From NCBI GenBank assembly GCA_031458695.1, contig JAVKJW010000019.1, positions 1-43,914 of the forward strand: DNA of 43,914 nucleotides, in the 5' to 3' direction. The first letter of the stretch is position 1. Every line of letters begins with the position of its first letter. A model generated the notes under the pieces. It made no database searches. It worked only from the letters and a program-made list of their open reading frames with translations, and had not been told where the DNA came from. Both the position numbers and the translations under genes were made by a program. Positions 33,889-42,479 of this stretch are shown piece by piece. This DNA is from Candidatus Thermofontivivens primus (GTDB lineage: Bacteria; Sysuimicrobiota; Sysuimicrobiia; Sysuimicrobiales; Thermofontiviventaceae).

Positions 33889-34467
33889 ATGGGGGAATTG
33901 GACCGCATCAAATGGGACCAGCGCTACCGGGAGGGTGACCGCGTTCACGATGGCGCCCCATCCTGGTTGCTGGAGCGTTGGCTCCCCCTATTCCCCAAGG
34001 GGAAAGCTCTTGATGTCGCCTGCGGTCTCGGCCGGAATGCCCTCTTCCTGGCGCAGCATGGCTTCGAGGTAGATGCTGTGGACATTTCCTCTGTTGCCAT
34101 CGAGGAAGCAAGCAGGCGAGCACTGTCAGCGGGACTCCATATCCACTTTGTGGCTGCGGACCTCGATACATATCCCCTGCCCGATGGGACCTACGACCTC
34201 GTGGTGAACACCTACTTCCTGAAGAGGGACCTCATCCCGAGCCTCAAGCGCGCCCTGAAGCCAGGCGGGTTCATCGTGTTCGAGACGCACGTCCGCAGCG
34301 AAGAGGAGGTCTTCGGCCCTAAGGAACCCGCTCACCTCCTCGAGCCGAACGAGCTCCTCCACCTCTTCTGGGATTTCCACATCCTCTTCTACGAAGAGAC
34401 CCTTGAAGAGGAAGGCAAAAGGCGCCAGGCCGTCGCCCGCCTTGTTGCCAGGAAGGTCAGGAGTTGA
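33889..34467 (+). CDS. Class I SAM-dependent methyltransferase (TehB-like)
   Basis: KWDQRY, ALDVACGLGRNALFLA..GFEVDAVDIS and LKPGG. Confidence 0.9.
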   Translation: MGELDRIKWDQRYREGDRVHDGAPSWLLERWLPLFPKGKALDVACGLGRNALFLAQHGFEVDAVDISSVAIEEASRRALSAGLHIHFVAADLDTYPLPDGTYDLVVNTYFLKRDLIPSLKRALKPGGFIVFETHVRSEEEVFGPKEPAHLLEPNELLHLFWDFHILFYEETLEEEGKRRQAVARLVARKVRS

Positions 34468-34468
34468 G

Positions 34469-35746
34469 ATGCCTAAACCGCTGATCGAAGTCCGGGAAGC
34501 GACTTGTAGCTATGGGCCCATCCCGGCCCTCCACGGTGTGTCCATCCAGATCGCCAGGGGAGAGTTCGTGGGGATCGTGGGGCCCAATGGCGCTGGGAAG
34601 TCCACCCTCCTGCGGGCAATGCACGCGCTTGTCCGACCGCAGGAAGGCGCGATTCTCATCGACGGCCGTCAAGTCAACAGGTTGAGCAGCCGCGAGCTGG
34701 CAAGGATCCTTGCCGGTGTCCCCCAGGAAGCGGGGAACCCGGTTCCGTTCACGGCCTTGGAGATCGTCCTTATGGGACGGAATCCCCACCGTAGGGGACT
34801 CTCCTGGGAAAGCCCGCAGGACCTGGCTATCGCCCGCCAGGCGATGGAACGTACACATACCTGGCACCTTGCCGATAGACCCTTCCAGTCCCTGAGTGGC
34901 GGAGAGCGTCAGCGCGTGCTCATTGCCAGGGCCCTCGCCCAGCGTCCCCAGATCCTCCTCCTTGACGAGCCTACCGCCCACCTGGACATTGCTTACCAGC
35001 TCGAGATCATGGAATTGCTTACCTCTCTCCACAGGGAAGGGCTGACCATCCTTGCCGTGCTGCACGACCTCAATTTGGCCGCAATGTTCTGCGAGCGACT
35101 CATCCTCATGTCCAAAGGGACAATCCTTGCTGACGGACCACCAGGGGATGTCCTGAAACCAAAGTGGATCCGAAAGGCCTATGGGGTTGATGCGCTCATC
35201 CGCACCCATCCCCTTACAGGTCGCCCGTATATTACCCTCCTCTCCCCTTCTCGCCTGGATCCTTTCAGGGATGCACCCTCCGTCCACGTGATCTGCGGAG
35301 GAGGTTCCGGCGCGGGCTTGCTCAGCACCCTCCTCCATTCTGGGTTCCGCGTATCCACGGGCGTCCTTAATGTGCTCGATAGCGACCACGAAGCGGCCCA
35401 GGCGATGGGTATCGAAGTCATCGAGGAGGCCCCCTTCTCCCCGATCAGCGAAGAGACACACCGACTCAACCTCCTGCGGATCTTGGAAAGCGACGCAGTG
35501 GTCATCACCTCTGTCCCCTTCGGGCATGGCAACTTGAAGAACTTAGAAGCCGCGGTGGAAGCCCGAAATCGAGGGATCCCAGTCTTCCTCCTTGGGCACG
35601 GGCAGGGTGCGGTACGGGATTATACAGGAGGTCTGGCCGAGGATCTCTTGGAACGACTGCTCATGATGGGAGCGTCACAGGTGGAAAGCGTTGAGGAGTT
35701 GCTTCGTGAACTGGTAGAGCTCTCAAATCTTCGGCAAACGAGATGA
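34469..35746 (+). CDS. Cobalamin/Fe-chelate ABC transporter ATP-binding subunit (BtuD/FecE-like) with a ~150 aa C-terminal domain
   Basis: GPNGAGKS, LSGGERQR, LLLDEPTAHLD and VLHDLNLA. Extra domain HVICGGGSG...GVLNVLDSD...PFG.GNL.NL. Confidence 0.88.
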   Translation: MPKPLIEVREATCSYGPIPALHGVSIQIARGEFVGIVGPNGAGKSTLLRAMHALVRPQEGAILIDGRQVNRLSSRELARILAGVPQEAGNPVPFTALEIVLMGRNPHRRGLSWESPQDLAIARQAMERTHTWHLADRPFQSLSGGERQRVLIARALAQRPQILLLDEPTAHLDIAYQLEIMELLTSLHREGLTILAVLHDLNLAAMFCERLILMSKGTILADGPPGDVLKPKWIRKAYGVDALIRTHPLTGRPYITLLSPSRLDPFRDAPSVHVICGGGSGAGLLSTLLHSGFRVSTGVLNVLDSDHEAAQAMGIEVIEEAPFSPISEETHRLNLLRILESDAVVITSVPFGHGNLKNLEAAVEARNRGIPVFLLGHGQGAVRDYTGGLAEDLLERLLMMGASQVESVEELLRELVELSNLRQTR

Positions 35747-36438
35747 AACACACCATGAGGGCGCGACCCATCCTTGCGATCGATGGACCCATGGGCGCCG
35801 GGAAGAGCACCGTGGCCCGGGAAGTAGCCCGTAGGCTTGGGTACCAGTATCTGGACACTGGTGCGATGTACCGCGCCGTGACCTGGGTGGCCATCTTTGA
35901 GGGTGCAGACCTCGAGGACGAAGAACGGCTTTCGGCCATTAGCCGCAAGCTCGCAGAAGGCGCACTCCAGTTGGTTCGATCGGACGACCAGCTCAAGGTC
36001 TTTGTGGATGGCCGCGATATCACGATGGAGATCCGCTCTCCTGAGGTTACTGCCTCTGTTGCCAAAATCGCCAGAGTACCAGGCGTCCGGGAAGCTATGA
36101 CTTCCCTCCAGCGCCGCCTCGCCAGCGGCGGAGGGGTGGTCGTCGAAGGGAGGGACATGGGAACGGTCGTGTTCCCCGATGCGGAAGTGAAGGTCTTCCT
36201 CACCGCTTCCCTGGAGGAACGCGCTCGCCGCAGGCAGAAGGAGTTGAAGGAGCGGGGAGAGGAGATCCCATGGGAGCGCGTCTTCCAGATCGTCGAGGAG
36301 GACGACCGCGTCGCGATGACGAGGGCAGTGGCGCCTCTGCGCCCTGCGCCCGACGCCGTGGTCATCGATACCACGGGTCGGACCATTGAGGAAGTTGTGG
36401 AGGAGATCCTCCGCATCTTCAAAAGCAGAGTGGATTGA
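35743..36438 (+). CDS. cmk: Cytidylate kinase
   Basis: AIDGPMGAGKST, YLDTGAMYRA, EGRDMGTVVFPDA and APL.PA.DA..IDTT. Confidence 0.95.
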   Translation: MKHTMRARPILAIDGPMGAGKSTVAREVARRLGYQYLDTGAMYRAVTWVAIFEGADLEDEERLSAISRKLAEGALQLVRSDDQLKVFVDGRDITMEIRSPEVTASVAKIARVPGVREAMTSLQRRLASGGGVVVEGRDMGTVVFPDAEVKVFLTASLEERARRRQKELKERGEEIPWERVFQIVEEDDRVAMTRAVAPLRPAPDAVVIDTTGRTIEEVVEEILRIFKSRVD

Positions 36439-36468
36439 GTGGATCGCCTTTGTCGTAGGTTACGTGAG

Positions 36469-36525
36469 CGCAATGAACGCAATAAACGCGATAAACGCGA
36501 TAAACGCAATAAACGCGATAAACGC
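36469..36525 (+). repeat. 9-bp tandem repeat (CGCRATAAA) x 6.3
   Basis: CGCAATGAA CGCAATAAA CGCGATAAA CGCGATAAA CGCAATAAA CGCGATAAA CGC, ending 2 bp before the plsC ATG. Confidence 0.95.
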
Positions 36526-36527
36526 CT

Positions 36528-37196
36528 ATGTGGGTTTGGCTGTATAAAGCACTCAAACCATTCGTGGTGGTGATGGCGTGGCTCCTCTTCCGCCTGCGCG
36601 TGGAAGGGCGGGAGAACGAACCCCCCCGTGGCCCTTTCATCGTCATCTCCAATCACGCCAGCATCCTTGATCCCATCCTCCTTGGGTGTGCCCTCCGCCA
36701 TCCCATCCGGTTTATGGCGAAGGAGGAGCTGTTCCACATCCGAGGACTGAGGACATTGATAACCGTCCTCGGCGCATTCCCTGTGCGCAGGGGCGAGCCT
36801 GACCGCCAGGCTATCCGGCGCGCCCTGGAGATCATCAAAAAGGGAGAGGTCTTGGGGATGTTCCCTGGCGGAACTCGCACCCCTGACGGCCGGTTGCACC
36901 GTGTGGAGCCAGGAGCGGCAGCCCTTGCCCTCCGGACGAGGGTCCCTATTCTCCCCGTGGCCATTCTCGGGACGGAGCGAGCCCTTCCGCGCGGAGCAAA
37001 AGTCCCCCGCCTCATCCCCATTACCATCCGTATCGGACCTCCCCTCTCCCTAGACGGGTTCCATCCTGGACCGGAAGGTCCGGCACAGCGACCAGATCAC
37101 AAGATGATTGAGCGGATGGGGAACCTGTTCATCCAGGCGATTGGGCAATTGATGGAGCGACAACCCGGAGAGTCTTTGGAAGTATACGGAAGGTGA
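36528..37196 (+). CDS. plsC: 1-acyl-sn-glycerol-3-phosphate acyltransferase
   Basis: NHASILD (NHX4D), FMAKEEL, GAFPVRR and FPGGTR. Follows cmk as is common in Terrabacteria. Confidence 0.9.
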   Translation: MWVWLYKALKPFVVVMAWLLFRLRVEGRENEPPRGPFIVISNHASILDPILLGCALRHPIRFMAKEELFHIRGLRTLITVLGAFPVRRGEPDRQAIRRALEIIKKGEVLGMFPGGTRTPDGRLHRVEPGAAALALRTRVPILPVAILGTERALPRGAKVPRLIPITIRIGPPLSLDGFHPGPEGPAQRPDHKMIERMGNLFIQAIGQLMERQPGESLEVYGR

Positions 37197-38088
37197 CGGG
37201 GATCTCCCCGACGAGCTCGCCATCTGCATGGACGGCCAGCGACCTCGCTGCTGAAGTCACGGCCACCTCGCGCGCCCGGAACACCTGGACTTTCCGATAC
37301 GAAGTGTGCGTCCCCAGATAGACCCTGGGCAGGAGAGCGAGAGTCTCCAGCCGCCCTATATTGCCTGCGACCACGACGTCCAGTAACCCATCATCAAGGA
37401 CAGCGCCCGGGCAGATTTTCATCCCTCCGCCGTACCGGTAGCTGTTCCCTATGGCTACGAGAAAGACCCTCTGGTGGTGAACCTTGCCATCCAGGACGAA
37501 CGTCACCTCGGTGGGGGAGAACCCCACAAGGGTTTTCAGTACCCCGAGGAGGTATGGAATGGTCCCTGAAGCTCTCCACCGCCAACGGTTGACCTCACGG
37601 ACGACCTCGGCATCGAACCCTACCCCAGCGACCATGACGAAGTACCGGTCGTTCACCATACCCGCGTCAATATCCCGTCGGTGCCCGCTCGCAAGGAACC
37701 GCGTGGCCTCTGGGACAGTGAGGGGAATCCCCAGTGCGCTGGCAAAGTCGTTGGCCGTGCCCACGGGGATGATGCCAAGAGTGGCTTCCCCACGCCCTTC
37801 CTTACGGGCGCGGAGCAACCCATTGGCCACCTCATGGACCGTCCCATCCCCTCCAATGGCCACCACAAGCTGGGATCCTCCTTCTACGGCCTGGAGGGTC
37901 AGTTCGATGGCATGAAGGGGGGCCTCCGAAGTGACCATGGTGAACTCCAGGCCTTCTTCGTGGAGAAGGTCCCGGATGGTAGGCCACAGGCGGACCCCCT
38001 TCCCCCCACCCGCGATGGGATTCACGATCACCACTGCAGATGTTGCTCGTTGTGGGGAAACGCTCTCTTGCTTCAGGGAGTGTTCCAT
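37129..38088 (-). CDS. Diacylglycerol kinase family (YegS/DagK-like) lipid kinase
   Basis: IVNPIAGGG, GGDGTVHEVANG, PVGTANDFA, GVGFDA, YGGG and HADGE. Confidence 0.92.
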   Translation of the reverse strand: MEHSLKQESVSPQRATSAVVIVNPIAGGGKGVRLWPTIRDLLHEEGLEFTMVTSEAPLHAIELTLQAVEGGSQLVVAIGGDGTVHEVANGLLRARKEGRGEATLGIIPVGTANDFASALGIPLTVPEATRFLASGHRRDIDAGMVNDRYFVMVAGVGFDAEVVREVNRWRWRASGTIPYLLGVLKTLVGFSPTEVTFVLDGKVHHQRVFLVAIGNSYRYGGGMKICPGAVLDDGLLDVVVAGNIGRLETLALLPRVYLGTHTSYRKVQVFRAREVAVTSAARSLAVHADGELVGEIPVTFRILPKTLRVVAPSIAQSPG

Positions 38089-38273
38089 GGTTTTTCAATT
38101 ATGTTCCCGCCTGAGGAGGCAAACTCCTGCAGGAGGATTACGGCATCACGGAAGTGAATAGTACATCTGGATCATGACAGGAACAGGGGAAGTTCTGAAA
38201 CTGAGAACTAAAGGAAGGAGGTGGGATCCACGAACTAAACTAGGAAAGAAATCCATATAAGGGGGGCGGTGAA

Positions 38274-40013
38274 ATGTCTCCGTTTTGGCTTGTCGCACTG
38301 GCCCTGATTGCCTACTACGTTGCTTACCGCGTGTACGGCAAGTGGTACGATCGGACGGTGTGGCGGCCTGATCCCAACCGGACCACACCTGCACATATGT
38401 ACATGGACGGGGTGGAGTTCTTCCCCGTCAACCGGTACGTCCTGTGGGGATACCAGTTCAAGTCCGTGGCGGCCCTAGGCCCGATCCTCGGCCCATTCAT
38501 TGCCATCACCTACGGCTGGCTTCCTGCTTTCCTCTGGATCGTTCTTGGCAACTTCTTTATCGGCTGGCTCCAAGACTATGGAGCGATTATGGTTTCAGTA
38601 CGGAACGAGGGCCGTTCCTTTGGCCCCATTAGCTACGAGTTCACCGGGGCTGCTGGACGGAATACATTGCTCTATTTCATCCTCTTCTACCTGTGGATCA
38701 TCTCGGCGACCTTCATCTTTCTCATCGCCACGTTCTGGAACATCTTCCCAAGCACTTTCGTGGCCACCCTCGGGATCCTGGTTACGGGTGTCCTCGTCGG
38801 GCAGATGCTCTACCGGTATAAGATGCCCATCGGCACCATTACCATCATCGCCCTTATCCTCGTCGTCGTGAGCATCTGGCTCGGGATGCGCCTGCCGACG
38901 CCAAAGGACTTCCTCGGACCGTGGACTCTGGCCTTCTGGGCTGCGGTGACGTGTGTGATCCTGTACCTGGCATCGATCCTTCCCATGCCCACGTTCATCC
39001 AGCCTGTGAACTACGTTGCCTTCTTCCCAGCTTACCTGGCGATCGTGTTGATCCTCCTTGGGGCGCTCATTTCGCCTCTTACCGGAGTGATCCTCCAGCA
39101 GCCGGCTTGGAAGACGGCGTACGCGCCCTTCGTCGGGCCGATCTGGCCCATCCTGTTCGTGGCAATCGCCTGCGGGGCGATCTCCGGATGGCACAGCCTC
39201 GTGGGGAGCTCCTCCACGAGCAAGCAGCTGGATATCGAGCCTGATGCCCATCCTGTGGGTGCCGGCGCCATGCTCTCTGAGGGAATGTTGGCGCTAGCGT
39301 CGGTCACGGCCTACATGGTCCTCTCTCCCGACGAGTTGAAGGGGATGACGAATATCGGGGCCTGGGTCCTGGGGGCTACTAAGCTCACAGCCCCCTACCT
39401 GGGAGGCGACGTTTCCAAGGCCGTCCTGACAACGTTCTTTGGCTTGACTCTGGTGATCTATGCCTTGACTGTGCAGACCCTCGTGACGAGGTTCTGGCGC
39501 CTTGTCGCCGGGGAGATTTTCGGAGAGAGCGTCCTCGGGCAGAAGCATGTGGCCACGTTTATTGGCCTACTGATCCCCTGGATCTTCGCAGTCTCGGGGA
39601 GCTGGATCAACCTCTGGCTCTACTTCGGTGGAAGCAACCAGCTCATGGCTGGGCTGGCCATCATGCTCATCACCATTCACCTAGCCAGGGTGAAGGCCCC
39701 GACCATCTATACACTGGCGCCCGCGACATTCATGATTGTCACCACACTCTCCGCGCTTGCTGTTCAGACCTTTTACTTCTTCCAGGCGACGATGTACGGG
39801 CTCGCCAACGGGAAGCCCCACCCTGCGTTCGTCCGGCCACCCCTTGACCAGTACCCAGGGGTTGCGATATTTTTAAATGGCGTGTTCGTCCTCGTGGGGG
39901 CTGCCCTCTTTATCCTCGGTATCCGCATGGCAGTTCTCACCTATCGGGCCTACGGAAGGTTCCGGGCGGCACCTGCCGCGCCTGCAGCGGTAGCCGGAGG
40001 TTCCAAGGAATAA
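38274..40013 (+). CDS. cstA: Carbon starvation CstA family transporter
   Basis: YRVYGK, TPAH.Y.DG..F, GPILGP, LFVAIACGAISGWHSL, GAMLSEG and FGGSNQLMAGLA. About 15 TM helices. Confidence 0.9.
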   Translation: MSPFWLVALALIAYYVAYRVYGKWYDRTVWRPDPNRTTPAHMYMDGVEFFPVNRYVLWGYQFKSVAALGPILGPFIAITYGWLPAFLWIVLGNFFIGWLQDYGAIMVSVRNEGRSFGPISYEFTGAAGRNTLLYFILFYLWIISATFIFLIATFWNIFPSTFVATLGILVTGVLVGQMLYRYKMPIGTITIIALILVVVSIWLGMRLPTPKDFLGPWTLAFWAAVTCVILYLASILPMPTFIQPVNYVAFFPAYLAIVLILLGALISPLTGVILQQPAWKTAYAPFVGPIWPILFVAIACGAISGWHSLVGSSSTSKQLDIEPDAHPVGAGAMLSEGMLALASVTAYMVLSPDELKGMTNIGAWVLGATKLTAPYLGGDVSKAVLTTFFGLTLVIYALTVQTLVTRFWRLVAGEIFGESVLGQKHVATFIGLLIPWIFAVSGSWINLWLYFGGSNQLMAGLAIMLITIHLARVKAPTIYTLAPATFMIVTTLSALAVQTFYFFQATMYGLANGKPHPAFVRPPLDQYPGVAIFLNGVFVLVGAALFILGIRMAVLTYRAYGRFRAAPAAPAAVAGGSKE

Positions 40014-40044
40014 CACGAGGGCCGGGTTAGCCCCGGCCCTCGTG
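40014..40044. terminator. Perfect 13-bp hairpin right after the cstA stop, with no U-tract
   Basis: CACGAGGGCCGGG-TTAGC-CCCGGCCCTCGTG. A second hairpin GCCCCTTGGGC...GCCCAGGGGC lies at 40062-40099. Confidence 0.55.
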
Positions 40045-40126
40045 AGGATCGACCCATCTATCGCCCCTTGGGCCGATCCATCGGGACGAGCCCAGGGGCT
40101 GATTGATGTGGAGGGAGGGATAAAAC

Positions 40127-40411
40127 ATGGCGTCGAAGGAGCAGAAAGGGGAGGAGAAGCGCCCAGGGTTTGGGGAGATGATGAAGGGTGTGCTCTACGG
40201 CATGGCCTCCCACGGCCACGTGATGGCGGCCTTACGCACCAGGATGTACCTGGAGCACCTCTTCATGTTCATCACCCTTGGAGACATGCTGGGGATCCCC
40301 GTGCTCCCACCGTACTATTCGCTGCGGATCCTCCCGTACGCTGTCCCGAACATTAAGTCGTGGAAGATGCGGGTGTTCCGGGAGAGAGACTTCACCGACG
40401 CCATCTATTAA
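40127..40411 (+). CDS. Small CstA/ArsA-associated hypothetical protein (94 aa)
   Basis: SD GGAGGGAGG. Contains YLEHLFMFITLGDMLGIPVLPPYYSLRILPY and sits between cstA and the ArsA-like genes. Confidence 0.8.
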   Translation: MASKEQKGEEKRPGFGEMMKGVLYGMASHGHVMAALRTRMYLEHLFMFITLGDMLGIPVLPPYYSLRILPYAVPNIKSWKMRVFRERDFTDAIY

Positions 40412-40457
40412 GGTATTGCGTTCATTGTGTCGTGGGATCCAATAAGTGAGGTGAGGC

Positions 40458-41447
40458 ATGAAGGGGCTCAAAGAGTTCTTTTCGCGTCATAGGCCGGAGA
40501 TCGTCATCTTCGCAGGGAAAGGCGGACTGGGCAAGACAACATGCAGCGCGGCGCTTGCCTATCACATGGCTACCCAGGAAGGCAAGCGGACCCTTTGCTT
40601 CTCCACCGATCCCCAGGCCTCCCTCTCGGACATCTTCGAGCGGAACATCTACGGGCAGGGAGTCATCGAGCTCTTGCCCAACCTGAACGTCGTAGAGATC
40701 GATGCCGACAGAAGGGTCTCCGACTACCAGCAGTCCATCAAGCGAAAGATCCTCGATATGTACGGCCTGGACGAGCTCCCCGCAGAGATCGAGGAGTACA
40801 TCGACTCCACCTCTGCCGAGCCGGCAATGTACGAGTCCGCTACCTACGACGCTATGGCCGAACTCGTGGCAGCGAAGGAGTATGACCTGTACATCTTCGA
40901 CATGCCCCCGTTTGGGCACGGGGTCCGGATGGTGGCCATGGCGGAGATCCTTGGGAAGTGGGTAGAGAAGATCACCGAGGCCAGGACCCAGGTCCAGGAA
41001 TATGAGGCCGTTGCAGCCACCCTCAAGGGGGAGAAAGCCACCGAGGACCTGGTCATGAAGGAACTTGTGGACATCCGGAACAAGATCAAGACCTTCACCG
41101 ATCTCCTCACTGATAGCAAGCGCACGGCGTTCTTCATGGTCATCATCCCAGAGCAGATGGCCATCTTGGACACGGAGCGAGCCCTTGGGATGTTCGACGC
41201 CCTGGGCATGAGGATGTCCGGCCTGATCCTCAACCAAGTCTATCCCAAGGAACTGCTAGAGAAACCCAACCTGAGCGAGTTCCTCAAGAACAGGATCGAA
41301 ATGCAACAGCACTACCTGGGGATCATTCGGGAGAAGTTCGGGGATCTGGTTGTTGCCGCCCTCCCCATGTACACACGAGAGCCTAAGGGACTCCAGATGC
41401 TCGCGCAGGTCGCCGAGGATTTGATGTACCCCAAGCTTGCCTTGTAA
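40458..41447 (+). CDS. ArsA/GET3/TRC40 family ATPase, subunit 1
   Basis: Deviant Walker A GKGGLGKTT, switch I STDPQAS, switch II DMPPFGH and IPE.MAI.DTER. Confidence 0.92.
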   Translation: MKGLKEFFSRHRPEIVIFAGKGGLGKTTCSAALAYHMATQEGKRTLCFSTDPQASLSDIFERNIYGQGVIELLPNLNVVEIDADRRVSDYQQSIKRKILDMYGLDELPAEIEEYIDSTSAEPAMYESATYDAMAELVAAKEYDLYIFDMPPFGHGVRMVAMAEILGKWVEKITEARTQVQEYEAVAATLKGEKATEDLVMKELVDIRNKIKTFTDLLTDSKRTAFFMVIIPEQMAILDTERALGMFDALGMRMSGLILNQVYPKELLEKPNLSEFLKNRIEMQQHYLGIIREKFGDLVVAALPMYTREPKGLQMLAQVAEDLMYPKLAL

Positions 41448-41459
41448 GGAGGATTCGCC

Positions 41460-42479
41460 GTGACCACACTCGAGCAATTTCTCCGCGCCCATCCAGATCT
41501 GAGGTTCATCTTCACCGGGGGAAAGGGAGGGGTTGGAAAAACAGTAACGGCGGCAGCTCTTGCCTACTTCTTCGCCACCCAGGGGAAGCGAACCCTCCTC
41601 GCCTCCTTGAACCCTGTGCACTCCCTTAGCAGCATCTTCGCGCAGGACTTGACCGGGGGCGAGATCAAGCCTGTGAAGGGGGTCAATAACCTCCAGGCCG
41701 TAGAGGTGGAGACGAAGGACGTGGTCGCGCGGTACCGGGAAAACATCTCCAGGCGCGTCCGGGAGTTCTTAAAGTGGGCAGATATCCCTGTGGATCCTCG
41801 CCCCTTTGTAGACATCGCTGTGACAAACCCTGCCTTCGAGGAGTCGGCGATGTTCGACAAGATGATGGACATGATGGTCCAGGAAAAGGAAGCTTTCGAC
41901 GTCATCGTCTTCGACACGGCCGCGGTGGCCAACGCGGTGCGCCTCATCGGCCTCTCCAAGATCTATGGGCTGTGGCTTTCCCGAATGATCGAGAGCCGAA
42001 AAGAGGCCCTCTCCCTGCGCGTCCAGCTAGCGTTCCGCAAGGACAAGGTCATGGAGGAGGTAAAGAAGGATCCCCTCCTTGCCGACCTCCTGTCCATGAA
42101 CGAGCGGTTCAACCAAGTGAAAGAGCTCCTCACCAACGGGACCCAGACGGCGTTCTTCTTCGTCACCCTCCCCCTCGCCCTCCCCATCTCCGTGGTCAAA
42201 CGGTTCATCACCATGGTGAGCGCCTATGACATCCCAGTAGGAGGGGTCCTCGTCAACGGCATCCTTGACCGCAAAGTGGCTGAAGCCTCTGACGAAGAGT
42301 ACCTCCGCAACAAGTTCGAGGAGCAGTTGGGATACCTACAAACGATCAAACAGGACTTGGGACCAATGGTTCGCAGCTTCATCCCCCTGTATCCCCAGGA
42401 GGTCGTGGGGCTCCACACTGTGGCAACCGTGGCCAATGATATGCTCCACTACATGCCGGATTTCTGGGAAGACTTGTGA
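41460..42479 (+). CDS. ArsA/GET3/TRC40 family ATPase, subunit 2 (degenerate switch motifs)
   Basis: GKGGVGKT is intact, but switch I reads SLNPVHS and switch II reads DTAAVAN. Confidence 0.9.
   Translation: MTTLEQFLRAHPDLRFIFTGGKGGVGKTVTAAALAYFFATQGKRTLLASLNPVHSLSSIFAQDLTGGEIKPVKGVNNLQAVEVETKDVVARYRENISRRVREFLKWADIPVDPRPFVDIAVTNPAFEESAMFDKMMDMMVQEKEAFDVIVFDTAAVANAVRLIGLSKIYGLWLSRMIESRKEALSLRVQLAFRKDKVMEEVKKDPLLADLLSMNERFNQVKELLTNGTQTAFFFVTLPLALPISVVKRFITMVSAYDIPVGGVLVNGILDRKVAEASDEEYLRNKFEEQLGYLQTIKQDLGPMVRSFIPLYPQEVVGLHTVATVANDMLHYMPDFWEDL

Noticed and set aside
36469..36525. Repeat array as a mini-CRISPR or iteron origin
   Set aside because: The units are contiguous 9-mers with no spacers, and no cas or rep gene is nearby.
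30834..36899. Long antisense ORFs (30834-32279, 34457-35527, 35661-36899) and similar shadows elsewhere (4000-5409, 11356-12417, 15863-16825)
   Set aside because: They overlap well-supported genes, have no recognisable motifs, and are expected in GC-rich DNA.
40458..42479. Arsenic resistance operon
   Set aside because: There is no arsB, acr3, arsC or arsD, the ATPases lack metalloid-binding cysteines, and the ArsR gene is 35 kb away and tied to merA.
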